NCBI GenBank assembly: GCA_044892505.1
Contig: CM097882.1
Coordinates: forward strand, 428,978,001-429,042,000
Direction: 5' to 3'
Length of the DNA stretch: 64,000 nucleotides
DNA from: Schmidtea nova
Taxonomy: Eukaryota
Positions 1-13,721 of the stretch are shown piece by piece (the stretch's first letter is position 1; each line of letters opens with the position of its first letter). A program made the translations under genes and the position numbers. The notes under the pieces were generated by a model. It was not told the origin of the DNA. It ran no database searches and saw nothing but the letters and a program-made list of their open reading frames with translations.

Positions 1-354
1 ATTATTTGACACTTGATAGTTTCAAAGTTCTAATTTCAACGAATCATAGCTGATGAAAGTTGAAATGGTTGACAGGTAAGTTTACCTTGAGAAGGATAAC
101 TTTGTTTTTATCATATGTAGAGGTATTGGATAAATGAAAGTATAAACATATAAAATAGGTGAGAAAACGTTCTTAAAGTAATTTCTTAATCTTTTGGGTG
201 CAGTCTGATAGAGAAATTATTTCTCTATCTGACTGCGTGTATGTTTTGAAGTATGATAATTCAGATAGAATACTTATTGTCTATACATCGGTTTTCATAG
301 TTTAAAAGTAACTATGATACAAGTAGGTGTGCACACCTACTTGTTACTCATAGC

Positions 355-3300
355 CAACACCGATATTAGATTATTTGGCGCCCTTGGCAAACTGAAAAAA
401 TACGAACAAAGAAATGACAAATATAGAAGCACTATTAAAATTTTATTTTTCTTGCTTTCAGGCTGGAAAATTTATCAATTATATTGTCAAAACTTAGACT
501 ACTAGTTACATCAAATTCTATTGATAAAATACTTAAATTAGTTAATCTTTCTTGGCCTATTGCCGATCTTAAATAATTTTTGATTAATTTCATTTTGTTG
601 AATGCTCTCTTGCTAGAAGCAGATGTCACCGGTAATGTTAGAAATATTCGTAATATTATTTCAACATTTGGATATGATTATTTCATATCCAAATTGTAAC
701 TAAATTGAAGAAGCTGCAGTGGAGTTGGGAAATTTTGTTTAAAATGTTCTGCTGTGAGATATCTAAAACTACATATTTCAGAGCAAAATTCTTCAACATT
801 TAAATCATTTCTATATCTTAACGCCAAATTTGTTGCTGCATTTTGAAGGTCTTTAGAATCAGCTTCAAAGAGATTTTTAGTGACTAAACATTTGAAGTCT
901 TCATTTATAAGTATGATTTCTGAATATCTAGAATTTAAATTTTCCTGTAATATCTCAAATACCTTGTCAATTTCACAAAAAATATTTCTTTTTTAGATAA
1001 TACGTAGACAGTATCTGCATTTGTATATTTCGGATTTGGCTTTCTAAAGCGACTATTCGGCAATATGTTCAAATTCTTTGCGTTTTCCTCAGCTGTTTTA
1101 AAAATATCGTCTCTTTGTCAGTGGAATTTTGCGAGATTTTTGCAAGAGCCTCACAAACTCTATTTATTTGTGTTACTACTGATTCAACATGTTTTGTTTT
1201 CGATGACCACCTTGTAGAACTGTGACCTTTAAGAGCTATTTTGAAAATCAACATAAGAACTTTCCAGCGATTTACAGAATGTGAGAAAAAACTGAAAAGT
1301 TAATGAATGTTTGAGAAAAATGTTACCATGCACGAGCTGCTAGTAGCTGCCTTTTTATCACACAAATTTAGACAGTATGTCGAGCACCGTATGAAACGTG
1401 CAAACTCATTTTCTTTAATGATTCGAGCTCAAACTCCTTTATGAATTCCTGACATATTCGCACCATTGTCATATGATTACCCTTTTGCTTTACCTTTTAT
1501 TTACCCTTTATTTCAGGTCCATCTTTAGCAATTTTGTCAATATCTCAGCGGCTAATACTCTTCCAGTTTTCTCTTCTATCTGAATAAAATCAATACAACT
1601 TTCTTGAATAGAAACTTTGCCATCTTCAATGTAAACGTAGCGGATAATTTTAGACATCTGTTCCTGATGGGAAATATCAAGCATTCCATCGAAGAGTATC
1701 GAGTAATATTTTGACGTTTTCACTCTATTCATAATTGTGCTTCTTACTTTATCTGCCATTAAATTAGTAAACTTGTTCTGGATCTTGTTTGATAAGTAGT
1801 TTACCGAGCCAGCTTTGTGATCTTTTAAATGGTTTTCCAATGTAGAATTGTACTCACTAAGTAGTTTAATGAGAGACAGGAAATTATTTAAGTTCGCGTT
1901 GTCAATCTGATCACTAGATCCTCGCAAAGCTAAGTTATTTTTAGCACAAAACAGAATTGCATCTAAAATCATTTTTAAAATACTACGTCACGTTTTCTTT
2001 TCACTCAAGTAAGCTTTTTGCAAACCGTCGTCAATTAATCCTCCTAATTTAAGACGTTTTTCCATTTGCTTCCAGCTTAGATAAGTTTTACGGTGCTCTT
2101 GGGAATTTTCGTATTCTAAATTTCGAGGATTTAATTTTTTCCAATTGTTAAAGCCTAGTTTTGGGTCTCCTAATTTTGACATTGAATTGCATTTTCGAAA
2201 TAAAATACATCGAAAACTGTAAAGTTTCTTTTCTTCTCCAGAATATATAAGCCAAATCCTTTCTAAACATTCAACATTAACTAATTGTTTTATAAACCAG
2301 TTCTTTGTAAATTTTCGACCATCTAAAGAACAACTTTCAGAAAAATTCGAGTTTTTACCCTGATCCACTCCATTCTCAATAAAATAACATCTTACTTGAT
2401 TATTTATTGTTGGCCAAGAACTTGGATTATTTTTATTTATTTCCGACATTAATGGTTTTTCTTTGGTATTGTTTTCATCTGTTATAATTAAGGGCGGTAC
2501 ATTTGTCTGCTCAACCTCAACTACTACGCATTCAGATTCCAGTAACTTAAAAACCAATTCATCTGTGCTGTTGACTTTGGTCACTGAATCTCGTACACCT
2601 GCTACATCATTTGATTCTAAACCTCCTCCGTTTCTCAGCCAGTTGGACAGTGTATGAGATTGAATTAAAGTTTGTTCCTTACGAACTTTCTTTAATTTTC
2701 GATTATCGGCTCCAGATGTTTTCTTTTTCATTTTTTGTTTCTTTAAATAAAATAAACTTTAGTGTACTAAAATAAAATAAACTTTTGAGTATATTTATAT
2801 AACTTACTTTTGTCAATTATTTGTTGGGAAGTATGGGTGTTGTTAAAAAATTTGTTATTGACTCTAGGGATGGATATAACCCATACGGCAACATAAACGT
2901 TATTTACCTTACCCATCTACCCATAGTTGCTCGTCGGTAATCTATGTTGGTAATGTATATGGTGGCGGGAATCCAGTGAGCATGTGAGCTTCGTTGCCAA
3001 AACTACTCCTCCATGTATCCTCTCTTTCAGGTTTTTGCTGCCGATAGAAGGTCTTACGAGTCTATCTACTCTCTATTTCCAATGGTCCTTCAAATTTATC
3101 AAGTCTTTCGTATGTAAATTTGACCTGCACTCAAATTGTGTGCTCCCTTTGAGATGCATCTTTTTCATCGTTTCTCCATAACTCGACCGACTTATGAAAA
3201 GTGGTTCGTATGGCTACTTTATATGCTTTCATATCCTATATTGTTTCATGCTATTTTCCAGCTTAATTTTCTTATGAGTTACCGTGTGTTTTTGATTTTA

Positions 3301-3588
3301 TTTTGACGTATTAAAACAAAATTTAAACCTCAATTCTAACAGCCCAACATATTATATAAAAAAGTCAACAATATAATTTAAAAAAACCTTCTAGAGTCTA
3401 GATGAATTTATTTAATGTTGGAAACCGATTGGTTTCTACAAATTTTTAACATACGGAATTTTAAAAAATTTTTTGAACAAAATTCACATATCTTATAAAA
3501 TAATTTGAATTTTTTCCAAAAAAATGCGCCCCTTAGCCATTTGCGCCTATGGCGAATGCCATACTTGCCACCCTTAGTCCCTGGACTG
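355..3588 (-). mobile_element. hAT DNA transposon (ZMYM1/DUF4371-like transposase), decayed
   Basis: Flanked by ctcatagc (347-354) and ctcatagt (3589-3596), an 8-bp TSD with one mismatch. The empty site ttgtta-ctcatagt-tactttg is seen in another copy of the target repeat near 27051-27072. The TIRs match only weakly. Confidence 0.75.
435..2731 (-). pseudogene. hAT transposase in pieces (TTF zinc finger, DUF4371-like core, hAT dimerization domain)
   Basis: Fragments read: WLIYS..LYSFRCILF..GFNNWK (TTF-like); LALRG..NNFLSLIKLL..YLSNKIQN..YYSILFD..SHQEQMS; HSSTRWSSK; SASSKRAFNKMKLIKNYLRSAIGQERLTNLSILSIE. These are split by stops and frameshifts. Confidence 0.85.
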
Positions 3589-4662
3589 CTCATAGTTACT
3601 TTGCTGAAATTATTCATTTTTTCATTTAGCCCTTTTTTAAAATGGCTATCAGGTAAGTTTTTTTATAAAGATATCTTTTAATACTTCTATTTTGATCTTA
3701 CAATGATATAAGATCACTAGAAGCTTTAAAAGTTTACTTATATTCTTCAATTTTAATTTGATTTTATATTTATTAGCTTTTTAGAAAAATATGATTTTTA
3801 TGATGTTTTTTGGAAAAATTGTACATTACACGTAAGTAAAAATATTTTTTAACAATAGTTTATTAATGAAATTAATCAGTCTCCGAATATTTTTGTTCTT
3901 CATTTATTTTTATTTAATTTTTAAATACTTTCTAGGAAATCATGATTTTTCTAACATTTTTTGGGAATTATTTTTATTTAACGAAAGTTAAAAAATAATT
4001 AAGAATTAAGAATTATTATAATTATCATAATTACATAAAGATTTTCTATTTTTGTAATATTTTTTGGATATTCAAAAAAAATAATTTAATTAAGCTTAAT
4101 TTTTTATTTCAAGAATTGCCAAATTTTATTGTCATGCATTATCTCATACTTCAAAATTATCTAAATTGCAGTTTAAATATGTTTAATTGTCTATAATTTG
4201 AAAATAATTAGACGGAATTATTTTTTGGCTACTGAAAATAGAAAGATTTTTCAAAATAATTTTTGGAAATATATGAAATTTTATATTAAAATAAAACTTA
4301 CAATGTTATTTATCCATATTCTCGACAGCTCCCCTAGGAAATATTTTAAATATTTACCCAAAAACCATATTTTAAAAATAAAAAAAATTATTATACTTCT
4401 TTTAATCGCGAAACAAGATGTACCCTTAAAAGTTTGCATGCAATTTTCATTATGTGTTGCGTTTGTGTGTATTATTTATTTTTTCTTACAGATTGTCTAA
4501 CACAATAAAATTTTTAAACTACGAAATATCAAAATTTAACACCTATATAAGTTTTCATTTGCTATTGGTTATTTTTAATTTATATTATAGAACCTATTAA
4601 TGCATGAAACCAGGTGTATGAACTTCTGTGCATGCGCTATTTACTTTTACTTGCGTCTGTGT

Positions 4663-7600
4663 TAGGGTCAGCAAAAATTCCAAAAATTTTTAATCCCGGG
4701 GATTCCCGGGATTTTGTCTTTTCTTTTTAAATCAATGAAACCAGGTTCATAAATATGAGTGGTATTAGTTTTTTATCGACAAAATCAATATTTCTTGGTA
4801 TAGGTTAATAAAAAAAATTCATTTATTTTGTTTTAAAATATAGTATAAACAAATAATCTTACATAATAAATAATATTTCATTTAAAAAGGAAGATTCACA
4901 CATTGTGCTCAAAATATATTCACAATTTAAAAATTAAAGGATCAATTATTTATTTGTTGAAAATACGACCTTAAAATGCTTAATGTATCAATCGTTTCAT
5001 TATTTAGCCGACTCCGAATTATTAGTACATCGAACCAGCAACTGAAAATGCCCGTCCCGACTCTATACTTGTGGGTTTAATCGTCATTAAAAAATTGTAA
5101 ACTCTTTGCAGATAGTCCCCTCTGTGCCACCACTTTCGAATAACGACTTTTCTTTTTGTAGTTTTTATAATGTATTTTCAACTCTTGTTGTAGGTTTTCT
5201 AGCTGATATAAAACCTTTTTCCAGGACTTGATTCAATTGCTTACTCGTATACTTCTCCTTATAAAGTATATCTTCATCGCTTGATATTTCCCTAATATCA
5301 TCAAAGGCAGCGGCTCCCTTAATAACTCCGGCTGCTAAATCGGTTGCATGCAATCTCTGAAGAAGCTCCAACATAAGTTTTTGCTTTTGGAATTTGTGGA
5401 TGGTACAAAAGCTTCAGTTATTTTCATTGAATCATTATGACCGTTGTGCAGATATTGAGCTAAGCTGCTTAATTGAGTTCTTCTCTCTTTAATTCGAATA
5501 ACTAAAGCTGAAAAATTTTCTCGACTGATGTTTGAATTTTGTTTTTCCAGCTTTTTCAACATAAATTCTAATGCAATATCGGCGGTTATTAAATTAGCAT
5601 CGCGTCGACAAATTGCATCAACTGTTAATTTAATTGGACTCAAAACATTAACTAAATCCAAAACAATTTTATACTCATATTCGTCCATTTTTAACGAATC
5701 GTCAATGGTGAAGTCAATCAGTGCCTTTTTTATACAATTTTTTAACATACAGAGTAGGCTACTCCGTCGAGTTTTACAATCACTTTTCAAATGAATGACC
5801 TTCCCAAAATCAATTTTCACATATTTTTGTAAATAATTGTCGTTTTTAGTTGGTGATCTCTTAAACATATGAACAATTTTTCTAACTTTTTTTATGACCG
5901 GTCCAATCATTTCATGGGTTATTGTTACTTCAGATGTTTCCTGATTCAAATTATTATCAACTCCAAAATTATATTCTTCACAATCGCTTTCGCTGTTTTC
6001 AGATTCAAAATAATTTGCTTCCTTATCGTCATCTTCACATTCCAAATTTTCAATAACGTTGCTTTCATTTTCAAATTCAGATAATTCTGAATGGATGTAT
6101 GGCTTGTATAGAACCGAAATTATAGCCAGATGTATGGCATGTGCAAAGCACAATTGTTGATTTGTTGGTAAAATTTTTCCTACTTTCTTCATCATGTTTG
6201 CTCCATCGGTTATAATACAAGCAATACTATCCTCGAGATCGATTTCAAACAATGAAAGTCTTTCCTTGAGTAGTAATACACACTTTTCAGCTTGTATCGA
6301 ACCAAAAATTTGGATTAAACCCAAATTCCAAAAATTACTTTCGGCATGGTGTAAATTTAAGTTCATATAGCGACAGTTTCGCAATGAGGTCCACTAATCA
6401 AAGTAAATAGAAAACTTTGAACCATTAATAATTTTATCGCCTATTTCATTTATGGCATCGTTTCTGATTTTCCTACTAAAATCTAACACTATTTTCCTAA
6501 TAGTATTAAGCAATTTTTGGACATTGTTAAATCTTCTCGCAACCAATCCGGCTCGTATATCGACAGACTTACAAATGACATTGAACGATATTGGATCTTT
6601 AGCTACTATGCGGGCAAGAACTTCAGAGAAATTATCCTTTCTCATCGTTGTGGAAAAATAATTCGTAATTTTAAGTCGCTTAGTTTGTGTTTCTTCTATT
6701 GATGTCGATAAACTTGATGATTTCATTTTTAAGTCGATTTTATGTATATATGAGAAATGGGAGTGCAGTCCTTTTGTTGAGCCGCCATTGATTTTCAATA
6801 TTTTCACGCATGTCGAATATTTTCGAAGAAATAATTTTTCACTTCGCAGTTTCGCTTTCTTTATCTCGCAAAAAATACTTCCATATTGGAGCTGTGCTGT
6901 TGAATTCAGTGTATTTGGATTCTGACGTCATGATTCAGGCCCCTAAAGAATTATTAAATTAAGTGTAAATTAATTCTTTTACTGATAGTGTTTGCTTTAC
7001 TTACATATATTTAAATTTGGATTGAAACGAATCTAGAATATATAATTTAAGATATTTTAATGATGATTATTTAGAATACTTACGTATATTTCTCTAAATT
7101 TGGATTGAATAGAAAATAATAATTAATAATTTATTGTTCAGATTTTTATGTTTACAAGGTAAAAAAATCATTTTGTAAAATAAAAAAATCGTTTTGCAGA
7201 ATAAAAAGATCACTTTGTAAAATAAAAAAAATCATTTTGTATTTTAAAAAAATCATTATGTATAATAAAAAAACCACTCCGCAAAGAAATATTTTAGAAT
7301 GTAAAAGAACAAAATATTCATAAATACATTATTAACATTTTTAACTATTATTTAATAAATTTAATACTGTAATATTAAATTGAAATCGTTCAATATAGTG
7401 ATTTTTAAACCCATATGGCTACCTACACACCCCGTAAAAAACAACTATCTGAAGATAAAAAGATTAAAAGACTGAACACACTAAATTACTGTATAAAATA
7501 CTGATTTAACAAAATATGTAATTATATTACATTATTTCCATTTACACAAACGCAATAATGTATAAAATTAATGAATATCATTTTATAATGAAATATAAAT

Positions 7601-8220
7601 TATCGCACTTCGAACCTCCGTTACAAATATGCAAGAAATAATATACTTATATTTTACACGCGAATTAAACATCAAAAGCATCAAATAAAAAGTTAAAATC
7701 TAAAAAAAATATTACCATTTCGTGTATCTATAGATGAAAACGAATTTGTCATGAGGTTTAACAAATTTTCAGAGATAAAAAAGTAAAAACCCAAAATTGT
7801 TAAATGAAAACAACAAGAAATGCAATACGAATGATAACATTTTGTTTTTTAGATAAATTTCGTTTTTTAGATTTTTACTTTCCTTATGAATTTGATCGCG
7901 CTCTTATTGTTTCATTTTGTTTGTTTTTGAATCCCTTTTTCCTTACTTATTTATTTTGTAATTACGCGGTTGTGTAGTTATTTATCTACACTGACAACAA
8001 AAATAATTTTCACACACTAATAATCAAAAAAGTTGTACCAACAATAATTACTGAATGACTTAGATAATAAATACTACATTTATTGATATGCATTTATCTC
8101 ATTGCTTCAAATCATACCAACATAAAAATTATTGTAATCCCGAAATCCGGGATTGTTTTAAACGAATTCTGGGGTTTCGGGATGGTGAAATTATAGAGGA
8201 TCCCGGGATTGCAAACCCTA
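4663..8220 (-). mobile_element. hAT DNA transposon with BED-finger transposase, decayed
   Basis: Termini TAGGGTCAGCAA and (reverse complement) TAGGGTTTGCAA, with subterminal CCCGGGATT repeats. 8-bp TSD gtctgtgt (4655-4662) / gtctttgt (8221-8228). The empty site gcgtctgtgtgcatg is visible near 29237. Confidence 0.85.
5165..6931 (-). pseudogene. hAT transposase, fragmented
   Basis: BED motif WKYF..C..C..LHSHFSYIH; FSIYFD; ITDGANMMKKV; CFAHAIHL; CKTRRSSL; C-terminal pieces. Several frameshifts. Confidence 0.85.
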
Positions 8221-9205
8221 GTCTTTGTGCATGATTGGTAGTTTGAAAATTATAAAACTATCAATTATTTGGAATTTTTGATAATTGATTGCAAGTTGTA
8301 CATTAGAATTGTCGCGAGTTGGAAATTTGTTTGTGTAATTTTCGAAATTTTATATAATAATAGAATTTGAAATTTATCCTTTTGAATATCTGTATGGTAA
8401 TATAATTGATAAATAAACCCAATTATTGTGAATAATTTACAAATATATGGGGCAACTAAATATATCTGGTATCAGAAATGGTGCTAAAGTCTGTTGTATA
8501 TCTGTATAACCAAAATCCGATTTCTAAGTCAGTAAAAGAATAGAAATAAATTCATCTTCAAAATTGAAAATGGATTTATCCTTGTGTAGGATAGTTTCTG
8601 TATCAATATCAGTAAAAATCGGGTTGCAGATTTATTGACAGAAAATTCTTTCAATATAGTAATTCCCGAATTTTTCAGAGATTGATATTAGTTGGATTCA
8701 ATGGACAGAAAAACTTTATATCTTTCTTATGGTCTTGTGCGAAAACTCTCCTGTTTCCTATTAAAATAACAATTTTACGATTGATTTGAATAAGTTGTTA
8801 TCATGTTTAACTCGTCTGACTCTATATCAACTAAATAAGATTCTAAATTCCAAAGATAATAATATGCATTTTTATTATTTAAACAAATTTACTTAAGACA
8901 TTTTTAAAAATAACTCAAATAGCAATTTAATACAAATTCAGCATCAAACTAAAATTTTAAACTGGTTATAAATTTAAAGATTTTACTATTTCATCTAAAA
9001 GATTTTCAATACTTTTTAGAAGAATGTTTTTAACAATTTTTTAAGCTTTAATTTTAAATTTCCATTAAGTTTATAGGCATCTTCACAAATTAAAAAATAT
9101 TTTTAAAACAGTTTACAATTTTAAATAAATTCTTGGATTTTAAGCAATAAAATTTTAATCGTTTTTTGTAGATTATTGCTCACAATTATAACATGAATTT
9201 TCAAG

Positions 9206-10574
9206 TTAGAATGTGAAAACTGTGTTGACACTTGGAGTAGAACTCGGTGTTAGAAAATAAAGTATAAAAGAAACTTTGGATAGTTTGAGTATAATGTCTA
9301 TAAAGGAGTCTATATAGAGTTCGTGTTAATAGAACGAGGTTGAAGTTCATGACAATTATACCGATAATAATTACCTGGAATTGTAAAGAATTTAACCAGA
9401 TTTGAAGGTTCACCGCATTCCTTGCCATTCTCTGTATCGAGCAATGTACAAGGTATAATCTGTATTGAATATTGTTCATTTAATTTGAGATCGGTCAAGG
9501 TGAATGATGTTGCATCTGAATAGGACGAAGTGATTATAATTGAATGATATTGAATATAATTTACCCGTTCTTGTACTCGTCTTGTCAGTGGGCTGTTGAC
9601 TGTGCCAGTAAGTAATGTCATAATAAATCGGACATTTCCTTTCTCCGCCATAATCCCATTTGATGAGTTTGGAAGTGTTACGTTCTGATGAAATGTTATG
9701 TAACATAACATTTGACAAATCTATGATAAATTATTTATACGAAATATTTTCCCACAACGATTACGTACTTTTGGTCTTCGTTGTATTACAGAGTGGATTG
9801 CTTGGTGGGGATGACCCTGCATCATTGAATACTTCAATTGTAAAACAGTATGAAGTGCATTCCTGTAGATCCCCTACATTGATTTCGGCTTTATCAGTAG
9901 TTACGTTTATTGTGGTATTCAAATTTGTGATCTTGTATCCCATAATTGGAATTCCGGGGTCTTTCTTTTCAGGCGCACTCCATTTAAAGATAAAATAATC
10001 AAGACCTTTTTCTTTCAAAGATAAATATAATCTGGAAGTTGGTGCTAAATACGATAATGGCAATGAAATAATTTCATATCCTCTTCTTACCTTTCATAGT
10101 AAATGAGATTGTCTCCCGTGCAATGTTTTGTTCTCCGAATACGTTTTCCCCGTAGATGTCCACAGAAAACGAATTTATGTTGTTTGGAATGCTAATGAAA
10201 ATTTTATTTGTTTCTTTAAATTGAATGTCTGTTAATGCATTATTAAGGCATTCTTTTGTATCCGTGGACAATTTTGAGTTCTAGAATGAAGAATTAAGAT
10301 AATAACCAAAATATAAATATAAAGTGTCCAACAAAGTGTTATATTTCATTGTAAATATTTGGCCTGTGGCCCATACAAAATGTATACATAGATTATGTGA
10401 GACTTACTGATTGAATTTTATAAATATTTCTTAAAACACATTTTGAAAGGTTCTTGATACTGACAGCATAAGAAAGAATGTTGCCCTGATATGATCCACC
10501 AATATCCCATTGTAATGTCAAATGTCGTGTACCCCACGCCATTGACGCATTGAGGTTTTTAATTGTAATCTTTT
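9206..10574 (-). CDS. 3' six exons of a fibronectin type III repeat surface protein, copy 1; 5' exons not resolved
   Basis: Phase-consistent GT-AG model: 10408-10574, 10091-10280, 9769-10044, 9565-9684, 9375-9515, 9206-9309. FN3 motifs LQW..SY.V, FKWSAP..GYKI..LQECTSYCFTI and IKW..YDITY..LKLNEQYSIQI. Hydrophobic C-terminal tail. Confidence 0.75.
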
Positions 10575-11114
10575 CTGATATAAAATAAACAAATAAAATT
10601 CTATGAAATTCGTAATTTAAATAAAAATAAAATATTGCGCACGTCCTGCCAACACAACCTTCAACACGGAATCACTTATCTCAGTGTGAATAAACATAGG
10701 ACAGCTTGTACTATTCAACCGTTTCAACAAGAATATTCATTGTTATCATTGTTTGTCATTGTTAGCTTCATCATTTAATTAATATAACTCCCCGCATATG
10801 GACTGGTCTTTTAAAGAGTAAGGTTTCCTAAATTCGAATTACCAATGAATCCTTTCCTGTGTACAATCTTGTAAAATGCAAACCAATTGTGCAAGACAAA
10901 ATATTATAATCTGAATCTCTCAATCGCTATAGTTCGGAGAAACCTTTCCGGTGAACTTTACTTTACTTTCTGCAATATATCTCATATTTTATACATATTT
11001 GATTTTGAAAGCCAACCTCAAAACCGAACTCAGAGATTTCATATCGAAGTTCTGTTGAGATCACTTCGTTTTATTTATGTTGAAAAAGTAAAAAAGAGAA
11101 GCAGAAACAGTCAA

Positions 11115-11365
11115 ATTATTTGACACTTGATAGTTTCAAAGTTCTAATTTCAACGAATACTAGCTGATGAAAGTTGAAATGGTTGACAGGTAAGTTTACC
11201 TTGAGAAGGATAACTTTGTTTTTATCATATGTAGAGGTATTGGATAAATGAAAAAATAAATATATAATAGGTGAGAAAACGTGCTTAAAGTAATTTCTTA
11301 ATCTTTTGGGTGCAGTCTGATAGAGAAATTATTTTTCTATCTGACTGTGTGTATGTTTTGATGTA
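11115..11365 (+). repeat. ~250-bp direct duplicate of window positions 1-250
   Basis: attatttgacacttgatagtttcaaag...ctgactg matches 1-250 with few substitutions. Confidence 0.85.
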
Positions 11366-11389
11366 CACCTGGTGTCAAGCATTAAAAGT

Positions 11390-12308
11390 AACTACACCTG
11401 GTTTCATGCATTAAAAATTTCTATAATATTAATTAAAAATTAGCAATAGCAAATGAAAACTTATGTAGGTTTTGCATTTTGATTTTCGTAGTTAAAAAAT
11501 TTTAATATGTGATAGACATTCTGTAAGAAATAATAAATTATACATACAAACGCAACACATAATGAAAACTGCATGCAAACTTTTAAGGGTGTTATTTTTT
11601 TCGCTATTAATAATCCTATAATAAAGTTATTTATTTTTAAAAATATGGTTTTTGGGTAAATATTTGGAATATTTCCTAGTGTAGTTATCGAGAAAATGGA
11701 TAGATAACATCGTATGTTTTATTTTAATATAAAATTTCATATATTTCCAAATATTATTTGCAAAATCTTTTCGTTTTCAGTAGCCAAAAAAATAATTCCA
11801 TCTAATTATTTTAAAATTATAGACAATTAAATATATTTACACTGCAATTTAGATCATTTTGAAGCCTCAGATAATACAGGACAATAAAATTTGCCAATTC
11901 TTGAAATAAAAAATTAAGCTTAATTAAATTATTTCTTGGAATATCCAAAAAATATTTCAAAAATAGAAATAATTATAATAATTCTTATTAAAAATGATTT
12001 TTTAACTTACGTTAAATGAAAATGATTCCCATAAGATTTAAAAAAATCATGATTTCCTAAAGATTTTTTAAAAATTAAATAAATGTAAGTGTAGAACAAC
12101 ATATAAAATCGAAATATTAGGAGAACGATTAATTTCATTAATAAACTTTTGTTAAAAAATAATTTTACTTACGTTTAATATAAAATACTTCCAAAAAATT
12201 TCATAAAAAAATCATACTTTTCTTAAAAGCTAATAAATATAAAATAAAAATAATATTGAAGAATATAGATAAACTTTCAAAGCTTCTATAGTGATCTTAT
12301 ATCATTGT
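11390..12308 (-). repeat. Copy B of the palindrome-headed repeat, split by the Maverick (remainder at 26828-26990)
   Basis: Reverse complement of the body at 3589-4615 and 27060-28080. Joining 12308 to 26834 restores gcttctatagtgatcttatatcattgtaagatcaaaatagaa, as in intact copies. Confidence 0.85.
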
Positions 12309-12651
12309 AGTAGGCAGTTATGTGGAGCATGAGTCATCGCCGAACAAAGGAAAGGACGTCACCCCCGGGGTAGGAAAAATTTTTATGACTCATCGGCATG
12401 ACTCATCGGTATGACTCATCGATGAATCGTCGATGACTCATTTCAAATTTGAATTTTATGACGTCATCGATGACTCATTTCAAATTCAAATTTTAAATTT
12501 GAATTTCCAAATGTTCAAATAAGGTCAAACCTTCAAACAAGGGTATCATTCGAAAGGTCTTTGAGAGGTGCACACAATGGTCATACCCTCGAAGGTTTAT
12601 GGAGGGTCCTTAACCTTCAAGGGGTCAAATATCTTCAAATTTTTTCAAACC

Positions 12652-12688
<37 letters not shown>

Positions 12689-13721
12689 TTCGAAAGGTAT
12701 TTGAAGGGTGAGTATGATGGTCATACCTTCGAAGGTCTATGGTGGGTGCTCAACCTTCAAAGGGTACAAAACCTTCAACCTTTTTCAAACCTTGTGTGTA
12801 ATATATCAAACAAAAGGTAATTTAGATGTGCACACAATGGTCATACCTTCGAAGGTCTATAGTGGGTTCTCAACCTTCAAGGGGTCAAAAACCTTCAAAA
12901 ATTTTTAAACATTACTAGTTCTATATCATTCGAAAGGTATTTGAGAGTTGAGTATGATGGTCAACCCTTGAAGGTGGGTGGTCGACCCTTGAAGGGTCCA
13001 AGGTTCAAAACTATGTAATATATGTATCAAACAAAAGGTAATTGGAAATTGAGTATGATGGTCATATTCTTGTGTGTGTATGTGTCAACCATATAACAGT
13101 ACGCATTCAACGCGCGTGCAACGCGCATTGTGAGTCCCTTCCGTGTGTAAGCCATTGNNNNNNNNNNNNNNNNNNNNNNNNNNNNNNNNNNNNNNNNNNN
13201 NNNNNNNNNNNNNNNNNNNNNNNNNNNNNNNNNNNNNNNNNNNNNNNNNNNNNNNNNNNNNNNNNNNNNNNNNNNNNNNNNNNNNNNNNNNNNNNNNNNN
13301 NNNNNNNNNNNNNNNNNNNNNNNNNNNNNNNNNNNNNNNNNNNNNNNNNNNNNNNNNNNNNNNNNNNNNNNNNNNNNNNNNNNNNNNNNNNNNNNNNNNN
13401 NNNNNNNNNNNNNNNNNNNNNNNNNNNNNNNNNNNNNNNNNNNNNNNNNNNNNNNNNNNNNNNNNNNNNNNNNNNNNNNNNNNNNNNNNNNNNNNNNNNN
13501 NNNNNNNNNNNNNNNNNNNNNNNNNNNNNNNNNNNNNNNNNNNNNNNNNNNNNNNNNNNNNNNNNNNNNNNNNNNNNNNNNNNNNNNNNNNNNNNNNNNN
13601 NNNNNNACTTATAAAAAACTAAAATTTAAATTATTAACATTTATTAAATATCATTTATAAAATAACATTTATAAAATAACATTTATGCATATCGTGCACT
13701 GTCAATTCTCCAAATTGGAGT
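12309..13721 (+). repeat. Left TIR of the Maverick (includes an N gap at ~13158-13606)
   Basis: 12309-13157 is the reverse complement of ~25878-26827, and 13607-13721 is the reverse complement of 24365-24480. It contains internal ~120-bp modular subrepeats and an (AT)n tract. Confidence 0.9.

Larger units (their letters stand above)
310..4650 (+). repeat. Copy A of a ~1.1-kb non-autonomous repeat headed by a 26-bp palindrome (Helitron/Helentron-like); head 310-354, body 3589-4650, split by the hAT
   Basis: Palindrome ACAAGTAGGTGTGCACACCTACTTGT at 319-344. The body matches 11390-12308 plus 26828-26990 (reverse), 27029-28080 and 28145-29240. The body ends in taatgcatgaaaccaggtgtat. The superfamily assignment is inference. 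Confidence 0.7.

Noticed and set aside
40-80. CTGATGA...GAAA (also at ~11160) as a hammerhead ribozyme
   Set aside because: Only AAGTT lies between the core and GAAA, and no stem I or III forms. The local pairing is a simple TTTCAAC/GTTGAAA hairpin.
8420-8760. Protein-like reading on the minus strand (TDIDTETILHKDK..GYTDIQQTLAPFLIPDIF)
   Set aside because: Broken by stops in every frame, no recognisable family, and absent from the duplicate region.
9660-9998. Plus-strand ORFs 9660-9998 and 30092-30430
   Set aside because: Antisense shadows of the FN3 exons.
13042-13622. Long ORFs containing X runs (also near 15.9k, 24.5k, 25.5k, 38.3k, 40.4k, 44.4k, 45.8k, 46.2k, 50.5k and 53.5k)
   Set aside because: Artefacts of translating N gaps.
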